A model generated the notes under the pieces. It was not told the DNA's origin. It was given only the letters and a program-made list of their open reading frames with translations, and ran no database searches. A stretch of DNA of 64,000 nt from Fistulifera solaris (Eukaryota). Positions 1 to 12,438 of the stretch are shown piece after piece. Location of the stretch: contig AP026164.1 of the NCBI GenBank assembly GCA_030295235.1, positions 1,798,001-1,862,000 of the forward strand, read 5' to 3'. How positions within the stretch are numbered: position 1 is the stretch's first letter; each line of letters starts with the position of its first letter. Made by a program: the position numbers and the translations under genes.

Positions 1-1594
1 GCCGCTCTTGAGCGTTCCAGAATCTGTGAACAGCCGTAAGACCAATTGCACAGAAACAATGAGTGTTTACGGAATTGTCGGCGGCATCCTCGTCGGCATG
101 GTTGTCGGCGTTCTGGCCATGTCCACTCACGGGTCGACATGGTTTCCTTTCCCACGTCATTCGCGTCTCTATACGTCCAAATATGCCAAAGTCCAAGGAA
201 TCGGCTTTCAAATATACACCGGCGGAGCACCCGCGTTTTTGGATCGCAACAATACCGGGCCACAGAACCCCGAATGCATCGGCCTCGATTCGTACGGTGA
301 ATTCTACGACGAAAATGGTTTGCAATATCAGTGCTATCTTGGTCTCGAAGATCCTATTGATGATGTTCGTGTACGAATTCAATTAATGAAAGACGCCATT
401 GAAAAAGCGTACGATGTGGCCGATCATAATCCCAGCATTTTGAGAAGTATTCATTGCACCCGAATTCTACTGGCGGGGCATCGATGGTGCATATATTATG
501 GAAGATGAAGAAGATTATACGCATTGTGGGCCCATTTGCGATTTAATGCTCGCCATGGAAGAATTTGTGGCCGACCCCAAATACCAAGATTGGCTCTTTC
601 TGATGGGCACCGTCATTGCCTCGCAGGTCTTGCCGGAAGAAGACCCGTACAATTATCTATTCTACAACTTTGCTCTACTATATAAAGGCTACGATCCAGC
701 GAAACAGGATCACACCGGAAAGCGGTACCTCGTTCCGAAGCGTATTGTGAGTGGACAGGACTTTTTGTTACCACGCCGATTCATGTCGAATCAGTCCGCC
801 ATTCTGGAACTGCTCGCGGAAGATCTGCCAGAAACGGACAATACTTTGTTCATACCGTTTGGTCAGAACAAGTACGACGTCGATGCTTGGGATTTGTACA
901 AAGTTGATCTTCATGATCGGGGGTAAGTGGCATTCGTTGTCGTTGTGAGATGTCTTCGAACAGTAAGGATGGAATTGGTAACTAACCCTTCGTACGACTT
1001 GTCCAGTTATCACTTGATTTATAATAACTGGTTTTTGATTGACGGGATTTCCATGACGTGCGAAATTTGCTTTGATCATGATCAGCGAAGAGCCAAAAAT
1101 ACGTATATGGCGGACATGGTTTCGGGTCGCAGTACGTTGATTCCTAGCTACTCGGATGAGAATGGTTTTGCCTATGTGAATATTCCCGAATATCAGGCAC
1201 AAATTTCTCTCGTTTCTAGCGCCGGCATGACGGTGACCGAGGACTCACTCGTTCTGACGAATGGGGGTGTCATTTTTCTGCAAGACGGTCAGAGCAATGC
1301 AGCCAACGATGTGACTTTTGGAAATGTGGCAGAATGCGATGGGTTCCGTCAGGATGGTTACATTTTCACGGGTGGTACGCAAGCGGTTCAGCGAGAAGCA
1401 GTCGTCTCGTACATGGATGCCTTATTTGAGTTCAAGTCCTTGCATAACTTTGAAAAGTACTCAATATGGGAGCACTGGGAAAGAAGTTAGACGGCGTGTT
1501 TTCCGCCGCATTGTATGAACCGCAACTTGCTGTATACGAGCCTGTTGAAATCGCTCAAATCAAATCGAATCAAAGGAATCATGCTGACTTCTAA
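1..1594 (+). CDS. Type II membrane protein with divergent carbon-nitrogen hydrolase (nitrilase-like) fold, paralog 1; 5' end probably upstream of window; intron 923-1006; frameshifts near 445-500 and 1487
   Basis: ORFs 8-508, 498-926 and 927-1490 join into one protein collinear with 2156-3728. N-terminal TM (VYGIVGGILVGMVVGVLAM). Motifs (I)APEFYWRG, LFYNFA, VPKR, CEICFDHD. GT..AG intron with ACTAAC branch point. Confidence 0.7.
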
Positions 1595-2155
1595 AAAGTG
1601 ATCGATGAAGTGCACTGCTTTTGTCATTTGTGATTGACAATCGCGACAAGTTCGGGTGACAAAACTATATGTAGACTATCTTTCTGACCATGCAATACGC
1701 TTTTGTGAATCGTCAACAAGATTTAGGCCACCTTTCTTCTTTTTAGTCAGCGTTCGGTGATACTACTTTTTGAAACTGAGTCGAATTTTCTTTAATTAGT
1801 GCGGTCAATAGTTACCAGGACTGCAAAATCGTTCAGTCGGAAAACTGTGCCCAACACTTTCTTAAGAAAGGAACAGTTTAACAACGAGACAACATATCCG
1901 CTAGTATTCTTGCAACTCTTTTCGTTTCATTTCTTCATAAAATATGGCCTGTGCGTATAAGAATTGCCCCGTACCCGGTAAGGTTAACATTTTCAGGGAC
2001 TGAAAATCATTAGAAAAAGTTCAGGACACTATTTCAGATAGTCCCACACACCGGTAACCGGTACGGTACCCGGTACAATCGTTACCGCAACCATGACGCG
2101 AGGATGAAGATGCAATTTTCTGTCTTTTGACAAACAAACAAGCAGTGAAAACCCA

Positions 2156-3728
2156 ATGGCGCTATCCGCGGAAAATAGCCCGTTATTACGAGGTTCGGGC
2201 CGTCATCTGTCACAAAAAAATAATCAAATCCAAGTGTCAAATGTGATATGGGGAATAGTAGGACTCGTGGTGGGTGTTCTTGCTATGGGGCTGCGTTCTT
2301 ATCGTCTTGAAATGGATCTTCACATCGCCCATTATCCACATTCCAAGTATTCGAAAGTGCAAGGTATTGGGTTTCAAATTTACACCGGAGGGGCCCCCGC
2401 AAAGCTACCCGATGGACGAAAAAATCCGGAGTGTATTGGTCGTAACTCTTACGGTCACATGGATGATGGAGGCGACGATGGACCAATACTTCAATGTTAC
2501 GTCGGACATGAAGATCCCATGGAAGATGTACGACAAAGACTGGAGCTTATGCGGGAGGCTGTTGATCGTGCACATGAACTCGCCGATCCAGATCCGAGCA
2601 CACTCAAGGTATTCATCGCGCCCGAATTCTTTTGGAGAGGAGTCAATGGGGCGTACTCCTTTGCGTACGATGAAAATGGCAACAGTTTTAATGAGTGCGG
2701 AGCAATTTGTGAAATCTTGAAAGGCCTGGAAGAAATAGTAGCGCAACAAAAGCTCGAGGACTGGCTTTTTGTCATGGGCACGGTGGTTGCATCCGAAGCA
2801 CTCCCAACGGAAGATCCATACGACTTTTTGTTTTACAATTTTGCGCCTCTCTACAAGGGTTATGATCCTGACAAAATGGATCATTCCGGAAAGCGTTTTT
2901 AGTTCCAAAACGATACGTGAGCAGCAGCGATTTTTTGACCCCTCGACGTTTCCTGAATGAAACAGCAGTGAGAGAGTTGATTGATGAAGCGCTTCCAGAT
3001 CATGATACAACAGTCTTTAATCCTTTCGATTTTTCTATAAAGCGGTATGACAATGATATGTGGAGCAAGTATAAAAACGAGCTGAATAACATTGGGTACG
3101 GACTGGCTGGACATGTGCTGAAGGCTGTTGTTGCGTGATGGTTCTGTTCTAATATGTGAATCCCGTTTGTCATCAGGTACACAATGATTGAGTATGATTG
3201 GCTCATGGTAGATGGTATCAGTTTTACGTGCGAAATCTGTTTTGACCATGACAGAAGATCAGCGAAGAATACTTATCTAGCTGATATTGTGACGGGTCGC
3301 ACAACTCGTATACCTAGTTCCTCAGACAAGGGACTCACGTTTGTCCCTATTCCCGCGTATCAGGCTCAAATATCGCTCGTGTCCAGTGCTGGAATGACCG
3401 TCACGGAGGATTCTTTGGCGTTGACCAATATGGGTGTGATCTTTTTGCAAGATGGCTTGAACAACTCGTCCAATCGCATGTATTGGGGAGCCATGGAGGG
3501 ATGCGAATACACAAAAGGCTTCCAGTTTGACGGCGGTACCGAAGCGGTTCGTCGAGAAGCCATTCTCACCAAGGACGATGTCTTTTCGAGTACCGAAGCG
3601 TGCAAAGTTTTCAGCGTTATCTGGTGTACGATGAATGGGAGAAACGACTGAAGGGGTCCTTTTCTTCGAAAGCGTATCCTCCGGAGCTTGTAATATATGC
3701 TAGTATGGACGTGGCTCAAGTCATGTAA
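2156..3728 (+). CDS. Type II membrane protein with divergent carbon-nitrogen hydrolase fold, paralog 2; intron 3096-3176; frameshifts near 2900 and 3585
   Basis: Shares KVQGIGFQIYTGGAPA, VFIAPEFFWRG, LFYNFAPLYKG, EICFDHD and AQISLVSSAGM with paralog 1. Intron is at the same position. Confidence 0.75.
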
Positions 3729-3737
3729 ACGTTTTGG

Positions 3738-4588
3738 CTAATAAAAGAGATAAAAAATGCAATTACTTATCGGTTTGCTGCTACGAGTCCTACGATGTTT
3801 TGCATGTCGACTCTTCCTTCGGCGGCCCATTCGCCGCAACGCGATTTCCTGGGTAATCACTCGCAATCGGTATTCCCTCATCGCCGGAGCAAATACTATA
3901 TACCACAAAAAGAACGGCATGCCCCATTTCGACATGAGTTCGTTCCGAAATCGTTCCTCACCAATATAGTAAACAAAGGAACCAGCGTGTCCTCCTTCGG
4001 CCCCCATTCGTTTTCCCGTGGTTTTGAATTCTTCCTGCGTGAAGAAAGCCCGCAGCAAGGGTAAGGCGGTATCTTCTTCGTCTTGTAAATGTTGGCGAAG
4101 GCCAATAGCATATTGCCGAAACATGGTTTGGAACGACTCAATCGACTCTTTCCCCCCGTCATCCTCCAGAAGCTTCTGTAACTCCTCTACAATCTTTTCA
4201 AGATCTTTATGTCCATTGGACGCCTATGGTGACAAGCGACACTGAGTAAACGAACCAAAATATGATGCAGAATAGCACGAGACGGCACCGACCTTCTCTG
4301 GATAACGAAATCGCGTCGATAACATGGGCTGCATGATTTCTTCTTCAGCTTTGTGGTGCGCCAAAACATGATTCCGATGATACTTCCACATGGAATTCAA
4401 GGCGGTGATCTTCCAAGCTACTGGATCGCTCACTACGTGGGAAAGGGCTTTTGAATCTCTTCTAGTTCTCCTCTTAAAGAATGGTGCGAAAGAACCCACG
4501 TGTCCTCCTCGGGTGGCGTTTTCCATTTCCCTGCCTTGTCTGGTGGGAAGTTGGGGTCAATTTGGTATTTGATAAAGTCTTCTGTCAT
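3738..4588 (-). CDS. Hemerythrin/HHE cation-binding domain protein; intron 4224-4292; frameshift near 4450
   Basis: His/Glu helical motifs WVLSHHSLRGE, HVLAHHKAEEEI and HLQDEEDTALPLL, typical of HHE domains. Exact C-terminus uncertain. Confidence 0.75.
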
Positions 4589-4709
4589 GTTAGATAGCTT
4601 TAAAAATATGTGATAGAGCTGCTATGATGATCGGCAACGAACGATTTTGAAAGGTTAACAAGAACCGAAGAACGAGAAGGTTCGCGTTTTCGCGTTCGTC
4701 CTCCTTTTT

Positions 4710-5149
4710 GTGCCACACAAAGAACTCAGACGAGACTTCACTCCCCTGGTCTTTTCCATTGACGGAATGATGGGACAACAGGCTATTTCAGCATCGAGAC
4801 AGCTTGCAAGAAAACTTCAGCGGAAGTGGAACAAGCCATACTCCGAGATCTGTGGCTTCATCCGGGCGCGCATGAGTCTTTCCCTGGTCAGGTCAGTTAG
4901 TATGCTTCTGCGAAATCCAAGAGAAGGAATGCCAAAACGGAATCCCCCTCATTGGGAAACGGGCTCGGGACTGGCCCTCTACTAGCGCACTAAGGCTAGG
5001 GAGTTAGAACCAAAGCTTACTCATTGAAGTGTCAGACTGAAATATATGTGAATGAAAAGTGGAAAATTCAGTCGAATGTCAAGATTAGATTCTGACAATT
5101 AAAAAATTAGGAATAAAATATATATGTTAAAAAAAAAAAAAAAAAAAAA
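4710..5149 (+). mobile_element. 5'-truncated non-LTR retrotransposon (CRE-like, restriction-like endonuclease C-terminus) with 3' UTR and 21-nt poly(A) tail
   Basis: ORF 4710-4985 (FTPLVFSIDGMMG..A...LARKL..KW.KPYS.I.GFIRARMSLSLVRS) resembles the C-terminal end of RLE-clade LINE ORFs. AATAAA near 5112 and an A21 run at 5129-5149. Confidence 0.8.
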
Positions 5150-5512
5150 CTATATTATGATAAAGTGTAACAGTGACAACTGACAACGGCAGGCCGTGAC
5201 TCCTCAATCTTTCCCGCCTGCTGCAGTCCCGGATGAGCTTTCGTGTTGTTCTTTTTTCGCGCGCTTTTATCCGCACCTGCCCGTCTCACGTTTTTTCTCG
5301 CCTCATTCTCCCCAGGCCTCCAAAATCGCAGCTTATTATCCAATCGCTTCACAATCAACATAGAAGGAATATCCAAGGTACTTGTACGAAGAACAAACAC
5401 AGACAGCATTGAGATTGAACGCCTCTAAAAGGATACTGGTATAAAACCTACCATCGACATTGATTCACCTAAGCTTTCAAAGTGATTACTATTGTGAGGC
5501 TACGACGACGAA

Positions 5513-6392
5513 CATGAACAAGTCCCTGGCTTGTACGCAAGCGTGGCTACAGGGCTTTCGAGTGGCAGCACGTGTCCTACAAACACCTCGCCCTTCCACT
5601 GATGCTCTTAATCGAAGCAAAGCATTTTTAGAACAGGCACTGGTCATCCTCACACAGCATCAAGATACTTGGAACAAACCTCCCGTGACGCTCTATCCCC
5701 CCGAGTTCCCGTATGACCCCGCAAACTACGTGGAAGAAGTTCGCGTGGGAGTTCCCATGGTCAGTCGACGTCTCTTGATTCGTCTCGTGACGTTACAATC
5801 CGAGCTCTTGGCCCGCGAGGCGACGCAGTGTCGTTTTCAAGATCCTCCTCAGTGGCTGGCAGGGGTCGAATATTATGAACAATCCCTCGAACGCCTCAAT
5901 TTTGCCATGCACCTCGCCGACTCGGAATACGCTCGCTTGGTACAAGAAAATGAAAACGCCCAGTCCGTCATGTCGGAAGATGCTTCCATAGTTCAAGTTG
6001 CGAACGGCAGCCTGATTCAACAACGTGACAAGTACCGCCGTGCCGCTGAAACGGCCGCTCGGAAGATCCGTACGGTACTGGAGCCGCAGTGGCAGTCGCG
6101 TGATCAAATCAAACACAGAATGGGAGACCGTTGGTTCAACAACCCCGCGCCGAAAAAGGATCACTGGAAGATGCGGGAAGCCGATGAAACGGCATTGAAA
6201 GAATTAGAGGCAACTATCGAACGTTTAGATGCTTTGGAGATTCGAGAATATCGTATGAACGAGCGGCGGGATCACCATTCGAGTGAAAGCAATCATAATG
6301 CTCAACCCAAAAGACGCCGCGAGGCGTCTGGTCGGCGAATTCGAATGGACAATTGTTCGGGTTGCCAGCAACTCTTTGGGCATTATCATTAG
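5513..6392 (+). CDS. Hypothetical helical/coiled-coil protein
   Basis: Long ORF (5460-6392) with coding-like composition. No family recognised; 3' end may be frameshifted. Confidence 0.55.
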
Positions 6393-7985
6393 GCAGCGGT
6401 ACAAACTACGAGTATGAGCGTTGACTACACGGCTATACGTCAGACAAACGGGCTTTTTTTCTTCACGTCAATCTAGTGACTCCAGAAACAAGCAAGTAGC
6501 CAATAGCTAAGCTAGCCCTATTTACAGCGTAGCCCCTTTCCTGTGCCCGCGTTCTTATCGCTTCTTTATTCAGTATGGATCGCATTTTGTTTCCAGAAAT
6601 AGAAAGGCGATCACTGATGCAGAAATAATAGACCTACACAACAACGCTGAACACTTTCAACCGATACATCATTTTGATGACTTATGAACGAACCAGGTCG
6701 TGCAAAAGTGCCGCAACAGCTTGAAAGTACATTTTTAAATTTGATGTTTCGAAACAAAATTGACCTTTTTGTTGTTGCGTTGCGTTGCGTTACGTGCGCG
6801 GCGGCGAGTGAATGCTACGCTGTGACTAGGTGCCAGATAAGTCGTCAACGTCTGACTTCCAGCGAGAACGCAGAGCACTGGCTAAAGATTACGCTTCGGT
6901 GGTCTATGATGACATTGTTTTGGCGACAGCACCGCCTCGAACCAAGTGTTCGTTCTGTGTTTCACTCTTTTATGAGATCAATGTTTCTAGAGGGACAAAG
7001 ACTTTCATTGACATTCGACCTTCTTTCGCGGCATCCGCTTGAAAATGATGGTTTATTGCCCCAAGAACAAAACGGTCGTAAAAATTATATTGGACCGAGT
7101 AGCAAAGCACGACCTCTCCGACTTGGACTGTAGATTTCCGTGAAGTGCTTCGTCGCCCTGAAGTCTGCTCGAATATTTTCCATTGAGCATTTCACTATTT
7201 GCATTTCATTCGGACAAGCCAATCAACTCTGGTCACTTGGGTAGCGTTTTCCTTAGCAAGTGAGATTTGTATGACTTCGACTGTGACATTTCAGCCTTTA
7301 AGAACTCACATATAGGCCCATCGTGGGAGAAAAGAACTTTAGAGACGTCGCTTGTTGTACTGCTCTGAGTGGGAGTGCTGTGTATGGCGGTCCAGATTCG
7401 CGATGACTCGTAAGTATCGTACCCACTATCTCTTGCCATCTTTGTATCTACAGCTGTTACAATATTATTACGTCCGCCACGGACGAAATCAAGGATCTGG
7501 TGCGTATAAAGTCATCGAGCATCGAGCCCTGGTGAAATAGAGATAAGACTATGTCTAAAACGATTTTCCATGCGCATTTTCGTGAAAGTCTATGCGTAAA
7601 TTTCTCCATGATGGGTGCAAGAATATTGAAGAGGGATCTTGATCGTTTCTTCCCTTCAGAGGGTCTCTCAATGAAATGGGAAAAAGGAAAGAGAAAAGCA
7701 AAATAAATCCTATGCGGTTGGATCGCACAACGCTTGTGTCTTGTGTCCTAAAGAGGATGCACGGACAGACTGCACCATTTTGAGACGACTCCTCGTGATT
7801 CAGAGATTGAAAAGCTTCACATTTCACACAGACAGAAATAACTGTGGTATCAACTTACACGTGACACGATTTTCTTTGTGATGGCGGGGGCGACGATGAG
7901 CGTTGATTACGTTACCGGTGTACCTGGTATTGTTGATTGAAATGAACAAATATGTTATTGAATAGGGAGTAAAAGATATGAACGA

Positions 7986-8936
7986 ATGCAACTTGATAAT
8001 CTTCCGGAAGTCGTAATTTTTCAAATATTCGAATATCTTGACGGACTGAGCCTCGCAGCGGTCGGTTCGTGTGGTATTTCGACGCTGGAGGAGTTGTCGT
8101 TGACGCCGCATTTGTGGACCCATTTAGATGATCTCATTTCGTTTGCTTCCGAAGTCTCCCGATCCGCGCACCGAAGAGTATATCGACATGCGGTGGCGAG
8201 TGCATTTGCGGAAGAAATGGAAACAGCTGTGTTGGATCATTATACCTTCCTTAACCCTGTCCGAGATCCGGATGAAGAGAAACGAAATGGGGAACTTCAC
8301 TGGGAAGGGTGTACCGATTGTGATAATTTACCTCAACTAAACCTCGAGTCGTTCTGGGGACCCGTTGAATTTTCGAGACTCGAGTTCTTTCTTCGCATTT
8401 CCGGTCGGAGTACAAAAAGCTTGATATGGCAAGGTTTCGTGCCGGCCTATTTTGAATTTCACGATTCTGTCAAGGACAGCGGCGACGACGATGATAGCAG
8501 CAACGATAGCGAACCGGGAGAAGAAACAAGAATCTCATTAGATTTAGGGAGAGCTGGGGCGAGTGCAGCTATTTTGTCACGGTGGTCGGAGCTCCGACGC
8601 TATCTTAACCGTAGCGGAATGAGTGTCGGATTGTTCGATGACATTCTCCTTCTCGTCGTTGCCATGGTTCGAGAAAGTGATGACGAAACTTCACTTGTTG
8701 CGTTCTCGAGTTATGCACATCACTGGAGAATTCAAGGAACTGATGTTCAGGTTTTGATGGCTCCGTTGCGTCATAGGGACGGTAGTCTTCACGATGAATA
8801 CATTTACGATGAAGATGCTGACGATCACGATCATGAGATGAGGCGACTCCAGGTTCATATGACAAAGCGGACAGAAGGCGAAGATAGTGATGATGAATGC
8901 GATGCCATTATTACTGCGGTAAAAATCATTCAGTAG
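7986..8936 (+). CDS. F-box domain protein
   Basis: N-terminal LDNLPEVVIFQIFEYLDGLSLAAVGSC...LW matches the F-box pattern. Intact 316-aa ORF. Confidence 0.75.
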   Translation: MQLDNLPEVVIFQIFEYLDGLSLAAVGSCGISTLEELSLTPHLWTHLDDLISFASEVSRSAHRRVYRHAVASAFAEEMETAVLDHYTFLNPVRDPDEEKRNGELHWEGCTDCDNLPQLNLESFWGPVEFSRLEFFLRISGRSTKSLIWQGFVPAYFEFHDSVKDSGDDDDSSNDSEPGEETRISLDLGRAGASAAILSRWSELRRYLNRSGMSVGLFDDILLLVVAMVRESDDETSLVAFSSYAHHWRIQGTDVQVLMAPLRHRDGSLHDEYIYDEDADDHDHEMRRLQVHMTKRTEGEDSDDECDAIITAVKIIQ

Positions 8937-8939
8937 ATA

Positions 8940-10043
8940 TACTGTAGTGCATTCCAGTCTACTCGAGTAGATGCAGTCGTGAATCACGTGTACCGAACAC
9001 AAGAATAGGTATGATATTATCATCCACCAACCTGTTACACGACACACTTCTTTTGAGTGCCCCTGACAATGGAATTCTTGCCGAGTCCTACTGGCTTAGA
9101 ATAAACAGCAGCACCCACATTGACACTCCATTCCAGGACGAGTTCAGCCGCAACTCCATCGACTCGTTTCCGAATACAGTGTACAAAGCCATCGTAGGAC
9201 CCTACAACAAAATAGCAACTCGGGGGGACTAAGAGGTGACGTTGAAAGATGCAGTGAAATCGACGTTGAGCTTGGCAACGCGATCAAATGAATTGAGCCC
9301 CAAGGCTCAGCAATGAGAACTTCTTCTGCAGTAACGTGGAGGATATCTTTGTAGACAGGCCCCACCTGAAATTTGGATAAACTTTTCAGACTCAAACCAC
9401 TTTCGCTCATAAGGGCAAGATCGCTGCATTCATAGTCAAAGCTGGCATAGACTGAATTGCCTTGCGGTAATATGACTCCACTTGAAGAAATTGTCTGGCT
9501 GAGCTTAATTGACGACACCTCCTTTTGCTAAAGCGCAGAAAAATGTTTTTAGTTGCCGACCGCATACAACCTGTTAACCTCGCCATCAAGAATGGGTGTG
9601 TGCTTAACTGGTTCGTCAATCTCTTTCTGCCACACAATAGATTGCAAGTTTTGTCTGAAGCAAGTGATGAGCCCTTGGCCACTTCTTGTATGGCCACACA
9701 CAATAATGTATTCACCGAATACAACCACCTCACTTTGTATCATCCATTCAGTGAAATAATGGGGCGCTTGTGTAATTCCACTCTTGAAGTCAACTTTTGA
9801 ATGGCTCCTCGTCGACAACCAATAAAGAAGCAACTGAGATCCTTATTTGGGACAGTTGGGCTCGAACCGACGCAACCTCGGAATCTCACAGACGTGTGTT
9901 TGCGGGAGATGGGGTTGAAATGGCGGAAAAGTCAGCGACAAAATGTTCAGTCAAGAAGACGATTGCATTTTCGCAATCACATCCTCTGATCTTTGGTAGG
10001 TCAGTACCGGATGAGACTATGTTGCAACGACCTCTCGTTATCA
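8940..10043 (-). CDS. Putative PQQ-like beta-propeller protein (fragmented by frameshifts, or a pseudogene)
   Basis: Minus-strand fragments 9549-9833, 9144-9518 and downstream contain blade-like motifs (IVWQKEIDEPVKHTPIL, SPLSPP, VGSYDG-like, W-terminated blades). Boundaries approximate. Confidence 0.4.
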
Positions 10044-10127
10044 TCGGCACTTTGCGAAACGATAGTAATTAATTATCGTTCATTTAATCAAAGTTACGAA
10101 ATGATTCATCGACTAAGCCACAGCGTA

Positions 10128-11787
10128 TTACATTTCGCATTTGCAACGAAAGCCCTTCATGAAAGCTCCAGGTACCATGAGCTCTTCCTTGGTCAATGGA
10201 ATGCACCGACACGAAGATGGCTTTGGTCCCCCAATTTTACCCAGTTCGTGCAAATACATGCCCAGTACTTTGACGCCATTCATAAGATTTGCAATGTTGT
10301 ACTTTTCATTTTGAGAGGTGCGCCATATCGTCGCAAGCTCCGATCGGTAGTAACAAGGCGTTCATCCCAGTCGCCTCTTCAAATGCGGTGGTGATGGGAA
10401 TCGATCCACCTTCTCGTGTATAATCGGGCGTTGTCTGAAAGACGGTTTGAATTGCAGCTGCTGCCGCTGCGTAATTAGGGTGATCGGGTGACGAAAGCCA
10501 AGATTTGGCTCCATGCAGCATTTTTACTTCCACTTTATTGGGCGAGTTCAACTAAGTTAATAGGCATGAGATCCTAGGCGATCGGCAGAGTACATACACA
10601 CACAAACTGCTTTCATACCTTTTCAAACTCGCGAGCAATGTGTGCCCTGACTACTTGTTCAATTCGAACCGGATCTTGATCGGGGACAAGTCGCATCGAA
10701 AATTTTCCTTTTACTTTTGCTGGAATAACTGTCTTAGCACCAGATCCCGAAAATGCACCCTCGATGCCGTGTAAGGAAAGAGTCGGGAATCTCCACCGTG
10801 CCATGAGAAGATCATTTTTGTTGTCATGCATAAGTTTGTTGCTGATTGACTTCACTTTAGCTTCTTCTTTAAAAGCTTCGACATCAAATTCAATGGAATC
10901 ATACAAAGCTTCTTCCTCGGGTGTGACCGGTTTCACATCATCCATGACGCCCTCAATCAATATCTTTCCCTGACTGTCCACCAAAGTTGCCATGAGGCGA
11001 ATGAGGTCCGTCATAGCTTCACGAACTGCTCCACCCATGTTTCCTGAATGCAAATCTTGCTCACAGCCTTGCACGAGCAACTCAAAGTATGCCAGACCTC
11101 GCAATCCGTACGTCAAACACGGTTTCGACTTCCCAATCCAGTAGTTGTCCGAGATGCAGAAAAAGTCGACATCCCCCAAGAATTTGTCATGTTCGTCGCG
11201 AATAAAAGTAAACAAACCTTCACTGCCGTACTCTTCCATGCCTTCGTACAGTATCTTGATATTGACTGGTAACTCAATTCCCAATTCCTTATGGGCTTCA
11301 ATGACCCATAGCCACGACAAAGCCGGGCCCTTATCATCCGTACTGCCTCTTCCGAAGAGTTTCCCATCTCGTTCGGTGAGCACAAAGGGTTCACTATCCC
11401 AACCATCGTCAATATGCGCCGGCTGGACATCCAAGTGCCCGTACACACATACCGTTTTCTTGCGGGGATCGACCGGAAAATTTCCCAGCAAGAGAGGCGG
11501 CAAAGGACGTTCCGGAGTGCCATCGGGATTGTCGCGAAGTTCGCACTGTCCTCCGAGACGCTGAATGAAATTCGCGGCATATTTCATCATTTTTGAATAT
11601 CCGGCAAATGTATATCCAGTTGCGATGAAACAGAAGGAATACTGAGTACAAAAGGAAAGTGAGGGATAGTGCGCGCCCGGAATTCGCCGCTGTAACGTTC
11701 GACTTACGCGACAGCTTCTCCCAGCTGATCGATGTAGCGCCGTTGCCGCTCGTCAACGTAGGCAAAGAAGCGCTCTTTCATTTCCAT
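10128..11787 (-). CDS. CNDP2: Cytosolic non-specific dipeptidase (M20 family, CNDP2/Dug1); spliced; frameshift near 10315
   Basis: [69 protein letters not shown]. Confidence 0.95.
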
Positions 11788-12438
11788 CTCGCTCATTGTT
11801 CGACAGATACTTCAGGATGTGTTGGCTCACGAAAAAATGGAAAACAAAGTCTAAAACAATAATTAGGTTATTCAACAGTTTTCACCCATTCATGTGGCGA
11901 GTGGCGATAAATGCGGCTTACCACCTACGGTACGGTACTGGGACCGGTACGTACCGGTACTTGTACTGTACTCCAAACTGTTTGTTCTCGGATCCACGAC
12001 TGGATTTCAGTCATGAAAAGACATTCACCATTCTCTACCGCATGCAGCACACTTGTTGCCTCTTGCGTCTGATTATCATCTCTAGTTGTATTCACTTCAT
12101 CGGATGCACAGTTAATTTCAGCCGACTAGCCAAAAAAGTAAAGATTGATTAGGAATGAATATAAGGAAAGACAAAGCACGGTCACGGTCCGATAGCTAAG
12201 CTCGGACAATGAATAGTAAAAATAAAACCACTAAGACTCCTGGTCAAAAGATACTTAGGGCAGACTTTGAATCGGTTTTGGGCTATTTGTCCTGACACTT
12301 CACTGACACCATAAAGATGATGCATGGGGGTGGGGTGGCATCTTTTTCCATAACATCTTCACATTTTCGCATTAATTCATTCTTTATTGTCATAAACATC
12401 AAACATTCCATAATTATTGCTAAGAAATTTTGATCTCA

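Noticed and set aside
2405..3010. Long antisense ORFs overlapping real genes (also 60630-61286, 34416-34838 and others)
   Set aside because: Shadow ORFs of coding sequence on the opposite strand, with no protein motifs.
4565..4580. TATTTGATAAAGT vs TATTATGATAAAGT after the poly(A) as a possible LINE TSD
   Set aside because: The match is imperfect, lies inside the hemerythrin CDS about 130 bp from the element's 5' end, and is not flush with the junction.
6684..7827. Several short ORFs between the hypothetical gene and the F-box gene
   Set aside because: No recognisable motifs or consistent spliced model. One ORF runs through a (TTGCG)n microsatellite.
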